Shown in pieces: positions 26,284-34,780 of a DNA stretch of 62,576 bases. The stretch lies in NCBI GenBank assembly GCA_019694855.1, contig JAIBBD010000005.1:1-62576 (forward strand), in the 5' to 3' direction. The stretch comes from Dehalococcoidia bacterium. GTDB taxonomy: Bacteria > Chloroflexota > Dehalococcoidia > UBA2979. How positions within the stretch are numbered: the stretch's first letter is position 1; every line of letters begins with the position of its first letter. Made by a program: the position numbers and the translations under genes. The notes under the pieces were generated by a model. The model searched no databases and was not told the DNA's origin. It saw only the letters and a program-made list of their open reading frames with translations.

Positions 26284-27135
26284 ATGGCACCGCCCAAGCT
26301 CGTCGATTACCTGCTGTACGAGGTGGAGGAGAGCGGCATCTGCTGGATCCGGCTCAACCGGCCGGAGCGGATGAACGCCGTCATCGGGACCGCCGAGGAG
26401 AACAGTACGGTGGTCAAGGTGGGCGAGTACATGCGGGCGGCCGACGACGACCCTCGGGTGCGGGTGATCGTGCTGACGGGGGTGGGGCGGGCGTTCTGCG
26501 CAGGCGTGGATGTGCGTGGCGACATCCCGGCGGAGGTGATCGGGGAGCGGCTGGTCGGCAACCGCAACGCGGAGGACACCGCCGAGGGGACACGGCAGAA
26601 CTTCATCCACGGGCTGACGAAGGTGATGCGTGACATCTCGCAGGTGCGGAAGCCGACGATTGCGATGATCAACGGCGTGGCGGCGGGCATCGGCATGGAC
26701 ATGTCGCTGCACTGCGACATCCGCATCGGCTGCGAGGCGACGCGGTTCATCACCTACCACCAGGTGGGGCAGATCATCGAAAACGGCGGCTCGTACTACC
26801 TGCCGAAGATCGCGGGGCTGGGGCGGGCGCTGGAGTTCGCGTACACGGGGCACCTCGACGCGGAGCGGGCGTACCAGTGGGGGATCCTGAACCACCTGGT
26901 GCCGTCGGACCAGCTGGAGCAGACGACGCGCGAGCTGTGCGAACGGATCATCGGGGTGCCGCCGCTGGTGCAGTGGATCAGCAAGCGGATCATGCGGCAG
27001 GCGCTGGACAGCTCGCTGGAAACGACGATGGTGCTGACCTCGAATGCGGCCTCGATCCTCGGGGGGTCGGAGGACGGGCGCGAGGCGCGCGAGGCACTGC
27101 GGGAGCGGCGGACGCCAAGCTTCCGGGGGCGCTAG
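26284..27135 (+). CDS. Enoyl-CoA hydratase/isomerase (crotonase) family protein
   Basis: ...ICWIRLNRPERMNAV...VIVLTGVGRAFCAGVDV...KPTIAMINGVAAGIGMDMSLHCDIRIG... Confidence 0.85.
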   Translation: MAPPKLVDYLLYEVEESGICWIRLNRPERMNAVIGTAEENSTVVKVGEYMRAADDDPRVRVIVLTGVGRAFCAGVDVRGDIPAEVIGERLVGNRNAEDTAEGTRQNFIHGLTKVMRDISQVRKPTIAMINGVAAGIGMDMSLHCDIRIGCEATRFITYHQVGQIIENGGSYYLPKIAGLGRALEFAYTGHLDAERAYQWGILNHLVPSDQLEQTTRELCERIIGVPPLVQWISKRIMRQALDSSLETTMVLTSNAASILGGSEDGREAREALRERRTPSFRGR

Positions 27136-27171
27136 CGCGTCGATGGGAGGCGACCGCCTCGAGGGACGGGG

Positions 27172-29229
27172 TCAGCGGATGTTGGAGGCGATCAGGCTGA
27201 CGTAGGCGGCCGCGCCCTCCGGGCGCAGGTGGACGTTGTCGCTCCAGAAGAGCTCGGGGTGGCCCTCGCTGAAGGCGTGCCAGTCGACGAGGGTGGCGTT
27301 CTTGTAGTGGCGGATGCCGTCTCCGATGATCGCGTTGTTGGTGTCCTGCCAGGGCAGCGGGACGTGGACGTTCAGGAGCACGACCTGCTTCGCGCCTGAG
27401 AGCAGCTCCATCATCTGCTCGAACTGGTCCTTCGAGATGGGGCCGTTGTTGCCGACCTGGATGATGACGACGTCGGCGAGCTGGCCGGAGTCTTTGCGGC
27501 TCTGGAGGATGCCGAGCATCGTGTTCATCTGGCGGCCGACGGCGGCGTCGACGTCCACGCTGCCGAGGACGCGTGCCAACTCGTAGGCCGCGCCGAGCAT
27601 GACGGAGTCGCCGAGCGCGGTCGCGCGGACGCCGCCGGCGATGGGCGCGGCGGGCGGCGGGGCAGCGGGGAGGTTGCTCGACGAGGCCGAGGATGACGAC
27701 GAGGACACAGAGCTCTGGAATGGCGACGCGTTCGGGTTCGTCGTGGAGGTGTCCGCGGCGAGTGCGGGCGGCGTCGAGGTGGCGGCGGGGGCCGCGGCGG
27801 TCGCGGTGACCGGCGCCGCCTGCGGCGTCGGTGCGCCGGCGGCCGAGCCACCAACAGTCGGATCGCCTCGGTAGGCACCCGCGGCCGACGGGGCGAGGTT
27901 AGCGGCGGTCGCAGCGGCGGCAGTAGCCACCTCGGTGGCCGCGACGGGCGGCGGGGCGCTGATGACGCCGCTCATCTGGGTGAGCTGCTGCAGGTAATCG
28001 GGCGTCTCGGGGGCGCGCGCGGTGGCGACTGTGGCCGAGAGCGCGACGAGGCCGGCGATGACGCCCGCGGTGGCGGTGACGGCGGCGCCCTGCTGCCAGG
28101 CGGGGCGGCGGGGGAGCTGCAGCGCGCGGTCGCGGACGCGGCCGATGAGGCCACCCCGGATCGGCTGTTCGACGAAGCGGTAGGAGACATCGGCGAGCAC
28201 GAGGGTGGCGGCGAGCTGCATCGCGATCAGCGGGATGCCATCGATGGGTACGTCGATGTGAGGGCGGGTGAGCATGAAGACGGGCCAGTGCCAGAGATAG
28301 AGGCTGTAAGCCCGGACGCCGATCCAGCGGAGCGGCTTCAGCCCGAAGGCCCTCGAGACGTAGCTGGCGGGGTGGACGACGGCCGCGATGAGGACGGCAC
28401 TGATGAGCGAGGTGACGGCGAAGCCGCCCGAGTACAGGCGCGCGTCGGTCTCGTCGAGGTGGAAGACGATGTACAGGAGCGCGCCGGCCGCGGCGAGGCC
28501 CGCGAAGTCCAGAGCTCGGACGCGCAGGGCCCACCAAAGACCGGTGTAGTCGGTGCGATCCCAGGGGCGCCAGAAGAAGGCGAGTGCGGCGCCGATGAGG
28601 AGGCCGGCGGCCCGGGTGTCGGTGCCGTAATAGAGGCGGTCGGTGTCCACACCTCGAGCGTGGAGGCCGACCATGAGGAGGACGGACCAGGAGGCGAGGA
28701 CGACGACACAGGGGAAGACGAAGGCGGGGCGCATCCACCTGAGTGCGAACGACAGGAGGATCGGCCAGAGCAGGTAGAACTGTTCCTCGACGGCGAGGGA
28801 CCAAAGGTGCTGGAGCAGCGGCGGGCGGCCGAGCGACTCGAAGTAGGACTGGTGGTTGAAGATGAGGTACCAGTTCGTGACGTAAGCCATCGAGGCGAGC
28901 ATGGCTTCGCGCACCTCGGTGACCTCGTCGGGGAAGAAGATGAGCGAGACGACGACGACGGCGAGCAGCAGGGTATAGACGGCCGGGAGGAGGCGGCGCG
29001 CGCGGCGCTGGTAGAACCTCGGGAGGCTGATGTGGCCGGTCCGGCGCCACTCGATGAGGAGCTGGGCGGTGATCAGGAAGCCGCTGATGACGAAGAAGAA
29101 CTCGACGCCGAGGAAGCCACCGGGGAGCCAGGTGGCCTGGGCGTGGTAGATGAGGACGGCGGCGACGGAGAAGGCGCGCAGGCCGTCGAGGCCCGGCAGG
29201 AGCGGGAGCTTGCGCGTTTTCACTCGCAA
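27172..29229 (-). CDS. Acyltransferase-3 (OafA/YrhL-type) membrane protein with Ala/Pro/Ser linker and C-terminal SGNH domain
   Basis: MRVKTRKLPLLPGLDGLRAFSVAAVLIYHA...LWSLAVEEQFYLLWP.... About 10 TM helices precede a low-complexity linker (27600-27900). The C-terminus reads ALGDSVMLGAA...IIQVGNNG.... Confidence 0.85.
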   Translation of the reverse strand: MRVKTRKLPLLPGLDGLRAFSVAAVLIYHAQATWLPGGFLGVEFFFVISGFLITAQLLIEWRRTGHISLPRFYQRRARRLLPAVYTLLLAVVVVSLIFFPDEVTEVREAMLASMAYVTNWYLIFNHQSYFESLGRPPLLQHLWSLAVEEQFYLLWPILLSFALRWMRPAFVFPCVVVLASWSVLLMVGLHARGVDTDRLYYGTDTRAAGLLIGAALAFFWRPWDRTDYTGLWWALRVRALDFAGLAAAGALLYIVFHLDETDARLYSGGFAVTSLISAVLIAAVVHPASYVSRAFGLKPLRWIGVRAYSLYLWHWPVFMLTRPHIDVPIDGIPLIAMQLAATLVLADVSYRFVEQPIRGGLIGRVRDRALQLPRRPAWQQGAAVTATAGVIAGLVALSATVATARAPETPDYLQQLTQMSGVISAPPPVAATEVATAAAATAANLAPSAAGAYRGDPTVGGSAAGAPTPQAAPVTATAAAPAATSTPPALAADTSTTNPNASPFQSSVSSSSSSASSSNLPAAPPPAAPIAGGVRATALGDSVMLGAAYELARVLGSVDVDAAVGRQMNTMLGILQSRKDSGQLADVVIIQVGNNGPISKDQFEQMMELLSGAKQVVLLNVHVPLPWQDTNNAIIGDGIRHYKNATLVDWHAFSEGHPELFWSDNVHLRPEGAAAYVSLIASNIR

Positions 29230-29653
29230 CCCCGCGCTGTGGACGGGCGGGGATGGTGGGATGCAGTGGAGGGCTTGAGACGACCGGGTTTCCGGGTCGG
29301 ATGCGCTGCCGAGAGCAGGAGCGACATCGAACGAGGAGTCATGAGGAAACCGGCGTCTTCCATGACGAACCGGACCGCAGGCGAGCAGCCCGTCTCACTT
29401 CCCCGCCTCATCCAAGATAAAAACAGTCAATGGCCTACTCGTCAAATTGCGGCGTTTCCGAACGGTAAACGCCGTGGGAAGGGCCTCGGTTCCTGACAGC
29501 GGGAGCGCTTGAGGCGACCCCTCGGAGCGCCATGGCGGGGGACGCGAGGAGCATCTCCAGGACCGGCTGCCGGCCGAGCCGTGGAACCCAGCCTGCGCAC
29601 GCGCGTGGGCGTCGACCTCCGCCGCGGGGCCTCCGGGGACTATTATCCGAGGC

Positions 29654-30250
29654 GTGAACTACTGCCCTCGTTGCGGGACGGCACTGGTGGTGCGCGCTGA
29701 TGGCGGGCGGCCTCGTCCGGCGTGTCCCGCCGAGGGGTGCGGGTTCCACCATTACGGGGACTTCTCGATTGGCGTCGGCGCGGTGGTGCTGCGGGAGCGG
29801 CAGGTGCTGCTCATCGAGCGGCGCACGCCGACGCGGACGTTCTGGCAAACGCCGGGTGGTTATGTCGAGGTTGACGAGGCGATCCATGAGGCGGTTGAGC
29901 GCGAGGTGCTCGAGGAAACGGGCGTTACCGCACGCGTGATCGACGTGGTGGGATTCCGTCACGCTGCCGGGATGCAGGCCGAGCGCCCGGTCTCCAACAT
30001 TTATGTCGTATTCCGCCTCGAGGCGGTGGCGGGCGAGCCGCGGCCGGATGGCATCGAGACGTTCGACGCAGGGTTCTACAGCCTCGACGAGGCGGAGCGA
30101 CTGCAGGGGCTGTCGGCGGAGTCGCTGTGGTTCGTACGGACGGCGCTGCAGGCGAGCGAGCGGCCGGGCTTCACGTACGAGGCGCCCGTGGACCTCGCGC
30201 AGCGTCCGGGGCGGAGCCTCTTCGGGCTGCGGGACACCGGGGCGCTGTAG
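29654..30250 (+). CDS. NUDIX hydrolase with N-terminal zinc-ribbon
   Basis: GTG start. MNYCPRCGTALV...CPAEGCGF. The Nudix box is PGGYVEVDEAIHEAVEREVLEETGV. Confidence 0.85.
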   Translation: MNYCPRCGTALVVRADGGRPRPACPAEGCGFHHYGDFSIGVGAVVLRERQVLLIERRTPTRTFWQTPGGYVEVDEAIHEAVEREVLEETGVTARVIDVVGFRHAAGMQAERPVSNIYVVFRLEAVAGEPRPDGIETFDAGFYSLDEAERLQGLSAESLWFVRTALQASERPGFTYEAPVDLAQRPGRSLFGLRDTGAL

Positions 30251-30359
30251 CCACCGGTGTCAGGTCTGGCTTCGAGGTGCTTGTCAGGAAACGTTAACCT
30301 CCAGAGGACACACTGCGTGCCCAGGCCGCTCCCACGGCGCCACACAGGAGGAGGAACGA

Positions 30360-31142
30360 ATGAAGGTCAGCAGCCACACGCAGGGAACGCCCTCGTGGTT
30401 TGAACTGTCGACGACCGACCCGGCCTCGGCGGTCAGCTTCTACGGGCGGCTGTTCGGGTGGACGGATGACCCGCGGCCGATGCCGGAGGGCGGCGACTAT
30501 CACGTGCAGCTGATCGAGGGTGACTCGGTCGCCGCGATCGGGCCGCAAATGCCGGGCGAGATCGAGCAGGGGCTGCCACCGCACTGGAACGTCTACATTG
30601 CGGTCGACGACGTCGACGCGACGACCGGCAAGGTCGAGGCCGGCGGGGGCTCCGTGCTGATGCCGGCGATGGACGTGATGGACGTCGGGCGGATGTCGGT
30701 GATCGCGGACCCGACCGGCGGCGTGGTGTGCCTGTGGCAGGCAAAGGCGCACATCGGCGCGGAGCGGGTGGGCGAGCCGGGCACGAACGCATGGGCGGAG
30801 CTCGCGACGAGCGACCCCGACCGCGCGGCCGCGTTTTTCCGTGACCTGCTCGGCACAGAGACGGAGTCGAATCCGATGCCGGACGGGAGCGCGTACACGG
30901 TGATGAAGGCCGGCGGACAGGACGTCGCCGGGATCTTCAAGATGCCGGCGGAGATGCAGGGCATGCCCTCGATGTGGACCGCGTACTTCGGCGTGGAGAA
31001 CGTGGACGCGTGCATCGAGCAGGCGCAGGGCCTCGGCGCCCAGGTCGTGGTGCCGGGACAGGACATCCCCGAGGGGCGCTTCGCCGTGCTGGCCGACCAG
31101 CAGCAGGCCGCCTTCGGCATCTACCAGATGACGGGCTCCTAG
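30360..31142 (+). CDS. VOC (glyoxalase/bleomycin-resistance) family protein, two-domain
   Basis: ATG 30360 follows AGGAGGAGG. MKVSSHTQGTPSWFELSTTDPASAVSFYGRLFGWT... is repeated as ...GTNAWAELATSDPDRAAAFFRDLLG.... The upstream part of ORF 30003..31142 was rejected. Confidence 0.8.
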   Translation: MKVSSHTQGTPSWFELSTTDPASAVSFYGRLFGWTDDPRPMPEGGDYHVQLIEGDSVAAIGPQMPGEIEQGLPPHWNVYIAVDDVDATTGKVEAGGGSVLMPAMDVMDVGRMSVIADPTGGVVCLWQAKAHIGAERVGEPGTNAWAELATSDPDRAAAFFRDLLGTETESNPMPDGSAYTVMKAGGQDVAGIFKMPAEMQGMPSMWTAYFGVENVDACIEQAQGLGAQVVVPGQDIPEGRFAVLADQQQAAFGIYQMTGS

Positions 31143-31171
31143 CAGGCACGTCTCCAGCGACGCCATACGCA

Positions 31172-31223
31172 GCACAAACTACAGAGAGCCGCCCCCATGG
31201 GGGCGGCTCTCTGTAGTTTGTGC
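31172..31223. terminator. 52-nt perfect palindrome (23-bp stem) between convergent genes, putative bidirectional terminator
   Basis: gcacaaactacagagagccgccc (31172-31194) pairs perfectly with gggcggctctctgtagtttgtgc (31201-31223). The loop is ccatgg. There is no flanking T-tract. Confidence 0.55.
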
Positions 31224-31235
31224 GGGTTGAGCCGC

Positions 31236-32669
31236 CTACGCGGGCGGATGGGCCTCGTAGTAGGTCGTCACGCGGGAGAGGGCGATGGCGGCGCGGTCGA
31301 AGTTGCCGTAAACGGCGTAGTTGCGCCGCCACAGCTCCTGCTTCAACGGCAGGATCTCAGCCTCGAGGTGTCCGGGGTGGACGACGAGGATGAGCGGGCG
31401 CCCGACGCGCTCGCGGAAGCGGTCAAGGCCGTCGAGCATGTCGGTGAGCTGCTTCTGGCCCTCCTCGCCGCGCCACTGGCGGATGAAGAAGCCAGCCGAG
31501 AACTCGTAGACGAACGAGTCGAGGTTCGGGTCCTCGGCGAGAATGTCGAGGATCTTGTAGAAGTTGCCGGGGTCGCCGGCCATGCCGATGGTGCCGGCCA
31601 TGTCGAACGGGTTGCGGTAGGAGCCGCCGATGATGTTGAAGAACTCGCCGAGGCGCTCGTAGGAGGACGCGGAGAGCTCGGGGACATCGAGGCTGGCGCG
31701 GCCGAACGCGTCCGAGATGGCGACCGACTGGCCGCCGGTCATCGCCATGAGGGCGACGCGACGCCCGGTGGGCGGCTTGTTGTGGACCAGGCAGGCCATC
31801 ACGTCGAGCATCTCATCGAGCGTGTTCACGCCGATGGCGCCCACCTGACGCATCATGCCGTCCCAGAGCGCCTGCGAGGTCGCGAGCGACGCGGTGTGGG
31901 AACGCGTGGCGCGCTGACCCGCCTCGTTCTGGCCACCCTTCCAGATGACGACGGGCTTCTTCTTCACGGTCTCGCGCAGCACCTCGAAGAAGCGACGGCC
32001 GTCCTTCACGCCCTCGAGGTACATGCCGATGTAGTGCGTGTCCGGGTCATCGCGGAGGAACTCGAGGTAGTCGGCTTCGTTGAGGACGACGGCGTTGCCG
32101 ATGGAGACGGTGCGCGTGACCTTGATGCCGAGCTGCGGCGAGAGCATCGAGAGGCTCGCGCCGTGGGTGCCGCTCTGGGTGATGTAGGAGACGTTGCCAT
32201 CGCCGACCTTGGGCTGGTCGGCAGTGAACTTCACGCCGAGGCGGGCGTTGTGCACGCCCATGCAGTTGGGGCCGACGATGGGGAGGCCCTCTGCGCGGGC
32301 CATCTCGATGATGCGCTCCTGGAGCTGTGCGCCGAGCTCCTCACCGGTCTCGGCGAAGCCGGCGGTGAAGATGACCATGCCGCCGACGTGCTTCTTCACG
32401 GCGTCGTTCACGATGTAGGGGGCGACGTTGCGCGGGACCGCGCAGATGACAAGGTCGACGTCCTCGGGGACGTCTTCGAGCTTGGTGAAGTTGGTGTAGC
32501 CGCGCTCCTCGATGCCGGCGATCTCATTGGGATCGACCTGGACGGAGTAGAGCTTGCCCTCGAAGTCCTTGTTGTTCTCGAGCCACTGGAAGTTGGGGCC
32601 CTTGTCGCCGACGACGACGAGGGTCTGCGGGTTGAGGGCGCGGGCGAGACGCTTGGGGTCTACCTGCAT
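31236..32669 (-). CDS. ADP-forming acetyl-/acyl-CoA synthetase, alpha (CoA-binding/succinyl-CoA-synthetase-like) subunit
   Basis: ...LNPQTLVVVGDKGPNFQWLEN...VDLVICAVPRNVAPYIV...MVIFTAGFAETGEEG...GLPIVGPNCMGV...SQSGTH.... Length is 477 aa. Confidence 0.8.
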   Translation of the reverse strand: MQVDPKRLARALNPQTLVVVGDKGPNFQWLENNKDFEGKLYSVQVDPNEIAGIEERGYTNFTKLEDVPEDVDLVICAVPRNVAPYIVNDAVKKHVGGMVIFTAGFAETGEELGAQLQERIIEMARAEGLPIVGPNCMGVHNARLGVKFTADQPKVGDGNVSYITQSGTHGASLSMLSPQLGIKVTRTVSIGNAVVLNEADYLEFLRDDPDTHYIGMYLEGVKDGRRFFEVLRETVKKKPVVIWKGGQNEAGQRATRSHTASLATSQALWDGMMRQVGAIGVNTLDEMLDVMACLVHNKPPTGRRVALMAMTGGQSVAISDAFGRASLDVPELSASSYERLGEFFNIIGGSYRNPFDMAGTIGMAGDPGNFYKILDILAEDPNLDSFVYEFSAGFFIRQWRGEEGQKQLTDMLDGLDRFRERVGRPLILVVHPGHLEAEILPLKQELWRRNYAVYGNFDRAAIALSRVTTYYEAHPPA

Positions 32670-32673
32670 CGTG

Positions 32674-33366
32674 CTACTCCGCCGCGAGGACGACGCGGGC
32701 GTCCACGGCGATGGCGCCGTCCGGGTAGGCGAAGACGGGGTTGAGGTCGAGCTCGGCGACCTCGGGGTGGGAGGCGGCGAACTCGGAGACCTGGAGGATC
32801 ATGCTCTCGAGGGCGCTCAGGTCCGCGCCGGGCTTGCCTCGGAAGCCTTCGAGGACGGGGAATCCCTTGATCTCGCGGATGATTTGCTTCGCGTCGCGCT
32901 GCTCGAGCGGGACGATGCGGAAGGCGACGTCCTTGAGCACTTCAACCATGATGCCGCCGAGGCCGAACATCATGACGGGCCCGAACTGAGCGTCCGTGGT
33001 CAGGCCGACAATCACCTCGGTGCCCGGGGTGGCCATCTGCTGGACGGAGACGCCGTCGATCTTCGCCGTCGGCACGGCCTGCTTCGCGCTGGCCATGATG
33101 CGGTCGTAGGCGGCGCGAACCGCGCCGGCGTCGGCGAGGCCGAGCTCAACGCCGCCGACGTCTGACTTGTGGGCGATGTCGCCGGAGACGACCTTGAGTA
33201 CGACGGGGAAGCCGAACTCGGCGGCGATGGAGGCTGCTTCGTCGGCGGAGGTCGCCAGGCGGGCCTGCGTGACGCGGATGCCGGCGTTGTGGAGCAGCTC
33301 TTTCGACTCGACCTCGGTCAGCAGCGTACGGCCAGCGGCGCGTGCCGTCGCGATGGGATCACTCAT
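32674..33366 (-). CDS. ADP-forming acetyl-/acyl-CoA synthetase, beta (ATP-grasp) subunit
   Basis: ...LTEVESKELLHNAGIRVTQARLATSADEAASIAAEFGFPVVLKVVSGDIAHKSDVGGVELGL.... It lies 4 nt upstream of the alpha subunit gene. Confidence 0.8.
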   Translation of the reverse strand: MSDPIATARAAGRTLLTEVESKELLHNAGIRVTQARLATSADEAASIAAEFGFPVVLKVVSGDIAHKSDVGGVELGLADAGAVRAAYDRIMASAKQAVPTAKIDGVSVQQMATPGTEVIVGLTTDAQFGPVMMFGLGGIMVEVLKDVAFRIVPLEQRDAKQIIREIKGFPVLEGFRGKPGADLSALESMILQVSEFAASHPEVAELDLNPVFAYPDGAIAVDARVVLAAE

Positions 33367-33480
33367 GTGGTCTCTCTCCTATATGTAATGAAGGGCAGCC
33401 GAATCATAGGGACGGCTCCCATGCGCCGCAACCGAAGCGGGGCGGTTGCGCGGGCGAGGCGAGGCCTTGACGATCCGCGC

Positions 33481-34143
33481 ATGACGCCGCCACGACTTCC
33501 GTTCCCACGGCGCGCGGACGACGCGCCCGAGCGGCTCGACCAGGCGGGCGGGCCGGTGCGGCCGGCGCTCGTGGTGGGGCTGGGGAATCCGGGCACCGAG
33601 TACGCCTCGACGCGGCACAACGTGGGCACCTGGTGCGTGCGGGAGCTGGCGCGCCGCCACGGCGCGAAGTTCGAGCGACACGGACGGATGGACGGGACAT
33701 CGGTCGACCTCGGCGGGGTGGCCCTGCACCTCGGGCGGCCGCGGGCGTACATGAACGAGTCGGGGCCGCCGATCGCCGCGGAACTGCGGCGGCTCAAGCT
33801 GCCACGCACGCGCCTCCTTGTGGTCTACGACGAGATCGACCTGCCCGTGGGGCAGGTGCGCATTCGCCTCGAGGGCGGGCATGGGGGCAACAACGGCATG
33901 CGCTCGATCATCGCGGCGGTGGGCGGGACGGACTTCCCGCGCATCCGCGTGGGCGTCGACCGGCCGTACGACGACGGACGCCCGGTGCGGGACCCGGAGC
34001 GGGTGGCGGACTGGGTGCTGTCGCGGCCCTCGGAGGCGGAACGACGCGTCCTGGAGGAAGCCGTGGCGTCGGTGGCGGACGCGATCGAGCTGGCGGCCCT
34101 CGAAGGGGTGGAGCTCGCGATGAACCGCTACAACCTGCGCTGA
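33481..34143 (+). CDS. pth: Peptidyl-tRNA hydrolase
   Basis: ...LVVGLGNPGTEYASTRHNVGTWCV...YMNESGPPI...LLVVYDEIDLPVGQVRIRLEGGHGGNNGMRSI.... The start is taken at ATG 33481. The upstream part of ORF 33169..34143 overlaps the ACS beta gene. Confidence 0.9.
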   Translation: MTPPRLPFPRRADDAPERLDQAGGPVRPALVVGLGNPGTEYASTRHNVGTWCVRELARRHGAKFERHGRMDGTSVDLGGVALHLGRPRAYMNESGPPIAAELRRLKLPRTRLLVVYDEIDLPVGQVRIRLEGGHGGNNGMRSIIAAVGGTDFPRIRVGVDRPYDDGRPVRDPERVADWVLSRPSEAERRVLEEAVASVADAIELAALEGVELAMNRYNLR

Positions 34144-34147
34144 CGCG

Positions 34148-34609
34148 CTAGGCCTGGAGGCGGACGGCGGCCTCGATGGAGGACTTCAGGCGGTCGAGGC
34201 CGGTGCGATTCTCCTCGGCGAGGCGGGCGGCGTGGCGGCGCTGCCGGAGCAGCCAGCGCACCGTGCCGGCGGGATCGAGGGTGACGCGGCGGGCGAGGGT
34301 GGTGCGGCCCTGTGAGGCGGGCAGCAGCAGGAACTCCCAGTGCTCGACGCCGGGGCCGCCCTCGGCGTCCCAGGCGATGCGCAGCGGGGCCTGCAGCGCG
34401 GTGATGCGCAGCCGACGGTGATCCGCGGCGGCGGGGCCGGCGGTGGTGAACTCGGCGCCGACGACGAAGCCGCCGTGCGGCCACTCCACATCGAGGACGG
34501 TGTCGGCCCAGTCCAGGCGGCTGGAGAAGTCAGCGAGGTAGCGGTAGACGGCTTCGGGTGGGGCGTCGACCTCGACGTACTGCTCGTCGTGCCAGGGCTG
34601 CTCGGGCAT
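34148..34609 (-). CDS. SRPBCC (START/polyketide-cyclase-like) family protein
   Basis: MPEQPWHDEQYVEVDAPPEAVYRYLADFSSRLDWADTVLDVEW.... Length is 153 aa, with the typical family layout. Confidence 0.65.
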   Translation of the reverse strand: MPEQPWHDEQYVEVDAPPEAVYRYLADFSSRLDWADTVLDVEWPHGGFVVGAEFTTAGPAAADHRRLRITALQAPLRIAWDAEGGPGVEHWEFLLLPASQGRTTLARRVTLDPAGTVRWLLRQRRHAARLAEENRTGLDRLKSSIEAAVRLQA

Positions 34610-34780
34610 CGCACCACCATGCTCGCACCGGGGACAGGCGAGCGGAAATCACGAGCGGCGCAGCCGGCGGGGGCGAGGGCGGCCGGGCCGTCGTAGACTG
34701 AGGAGAGCGGTCCGCGCAGGCCCCTTCCTCGGAAGTGGGCCTTCTTTGGCGTGCGGTGACGGCGGAACGGACGAGCGACG

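Noticed and set aside
29230-29653. 424-bp intergenic region upstream of the acyltransferase and NUDIX genes, inspected for a riboswitch or small gene. It contains the hairpin ggcgttt-ccgaacggt-aaacgcc near 29450-29472.
   Set aside because: I could not recognise any riboswitch consensus by eye, and ORFs there are Arg/Gly-rich. A covariance-model scan would be needed before claiming anything.
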